DNA of 32,599 nucleotides, taken from Nemertoderma westbladi (taxonomy: Eukaryota > Animalia > Xenacoelomorpha). Made by a program: the position numbers and the translations under genes. The notes under the pieces were generated by a model that did no database searches, was not told where the DNA came from, and saw only the letters and a list, made by a program, of their open reading frames with translations. Below, piece after piece: positions 30,601 to 32,599 of the stretch (position 1 is its first letter; each line of letters starts with the position of its first letter). The stretch spans positions 1-32,599 of the forward strand of contig JAUCBJ010000787.1 of the NCBI GenBank assembly GCA_032718475.1, given 5' to 3'.

Positions 30601-32063
30601 TAAAATTATTCAAACACCGAAATAAATTTTTCAACACCAAAAACAATTATTGAACACCCGAATAAATAAATGCTCCCAAAACAAATAATTCACACCAAAA
30701 CAAAATGATAAAACCTCAAAAATAAATACAAAGAACCTCAAAATAAATACATATTCCCCAAAATAAAAGCTTATTCCTCAAAAATAATCAAATATTTTAA
30801 CAAAATAAACAGACTCAGTTACAGACTCTCAGTTGCAGAATGCGGCTATTGGTACGAGGGTCGTCGGTATAATATTATTAAACATTTTGTTTGATTTATG
30901 GAAATAAATAATAAATGAATTATTTTGTATACAAATAAATTTTTCATGTAATATTACTGTAGGTGCTGGAAGAATTGTTTTTGGTTGACAAATTAATAAT
31001 TGTTTTTGGGGGATGTATAATTGTTTTCGAGGGTAAATAAATAAAACTAATTGGAAACGAAAGTGATAGTACATTTAATGTTTTTTTTAATTGTACTTGA
31101 TTTAAAAATTAACATTAAATTAAATGAAATTTAATTCACACAAAAATTAATAAATAAAATGTAGTAGCTCTAATGGGCCACCATACATTTGTTGTGTACA
31201 TGTTCGCACACACCATAGTGATGCTTACTGGAGATCGAGGCTATATCACCCGAACCTTCTGTTGTACTGTATTTTGAAACAAAGTCGCGAAAACTCACTC
31301 CTCAAAAATGTTCATACAAACTAAGGAGTACGGATCAGAAAATTGTTCATACTGTATTTGAGCGCGGCACGTGGAAATGTACACCAAATTCCACACACAC
31401 ATGTATTTATTAGGCCTACATATTCTTATAGGGGCCCTTGCGCTGTCAGTCAGATGGGGTAAGGATGGGTTAAAATTAGGTTAAAATTAAAATTAAAATT
31501 AGTTAAAATTAGTTAAAATTAGTAGGCTTAATTTCGGGTCTTGTACCGTGTACAATACTGGTGGGCCTACACAGCAACTGTTATTTTGCCTAATACAGGT
31601 CCCAGAGGTAAATCCTAACCCCACGGCATGGCCTACCCCACGGGCTGTTCTGTTACCTTTCTGACTGACAGCGCAACCTCCCTCTTGCATATTCTGAGAT
31701 TATTGAGTACCGGTAATGAATTGATTTTATTTAATTAATCAAGGGTTACTTACAGCTGCTAGTGCACCATAAAAAAGCTTCAGTGTATCTTCGATCTTAA
31801 GAAGTAAATACTTTCCGTTACCTGTGTAGAACTGAAGTAAAATAAAAATCACTTCCAATTATCCAATTAGTTGTTTCAGAGTTCAATAATTCCACAACTA
31901 CATATTTAATATAATTTATGTGTGAATGTTGGACCTAATCTACACATATATTTTCAGTGTGTCTGTATAAAATCATTTACCGGTACCGGTAGGCCAAAGA
32001 GGCCTAATAATATTATACTGTGTCTACAACAATATCATATGAAGGTTGCAAACTGTTTATAAT

Positions 32064-32077
32064 GTTGCCCTAGCAAC
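32064..32077. promoter_or_regulatory. RFX-binding X-box, GTTGCCCTAGCAAC
   Basis: Near-palindromic match to the X-box consensus GTTNCC-N(0-3)-RGYAAC, upstream of a motile-cilia gene. A half-site (AGGCAAC) lies at about 32137, with forkhead-like TGTTTA/TAAACA cores nearby. Confidence 0.7.
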
Positions 32078-32599
32078 GACATAATAATATTGGCTAAAGT
32101 TGATTTCGAGTGAGATTTGAGTGGTTGATAGCAGTTAGGCAACTTATATAGCTATTATAACTTAGTGATCGCGATCGCGCATGTGGTTTACATGTATAGC
32201 AGTTACTGTAACATATGATGCAGCATGAAGGGCCAACAGAAAGTACTTAATACATAAACAAGCTTAATATAATGTTAATGTAACGTTAAGTAGAAAATTG
32301 TTCCCATACATCCCATCGTTATTCAGCTGGCCCCACCCCCAAATTTTTCTACAATGGTCTTTGATAACTAAAGTCTATAATATATTATAATAATAATTAA
32401 TATTGCATTATATATTAATTTACAAATAATAATAAAATAATAAAGTATAAAAACAGCATGTCAGCCAGTCCTTTAATTTAAATTAATTATTTTATGGTAT
32501 AAGATTTAAAAAAGTATACTTCTGGCTGGCTGGCCTGGCTGGTAATTACACCTCACCACTATACAGTACTACTCGAGCAATAATGGGTAATTACCTGTA

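Larger units (their letters stand above)
28257..31753 (-). other. Probable 5'-UTR intron of the dynein gene
   Basis: Acceptor TTTTTCAG| ends at 28257, 15 nt before the ATG. Candidate donors are |GTAAGT at 31753 and CAG|GTAACG at 31821, both downstream of the X-box. The donor choice is inferred. Confidence 0.55.

Noticed and set aside
31471-31523. TTAAAATTAG short repeats, and the (CTGG)n run near 32522
   Set aside because: Ordinary simple repeats.

Overview
Eukaryotic (very probably animal) AT-rich genomic DNA. From left to right: (1) the 5' part of a BEL/Pao LTR retrotransposon on the minus strand. Its gag ORF (ATG at 3390) stays open off the left edge and is absent from the supplied ORF track. 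Upstream is a long non-coding leader with a duplicated, probably structured core. (2) A short GC-rich repeat with codon-like variation. (3) A 4-kb 17/18-bp satellite with a 1048-bp higher-order duplication, joined directly to a 46-bp x19 minisatellite. (4) tRNA-derived SINE-like pieces and nested MITE-like insertions. (5) A complete axonemal inner-arm dynein heavy chain (DNAH2 / dynein f-beta, 4535 aa) encoded by one uninterrupted 13.6-kb ORF. It has a probable 5'-UTR intron containing inverted-repeat elements and an RFX X-box about 3.8 kb upstream. No prokaryotic features or CRISPR arrays. The main leads are the intronless dynein CDS, a cluster of consensus splice donors in BEL gag, and the conserved duplicated RNA-structure candidate in the BEL leader.
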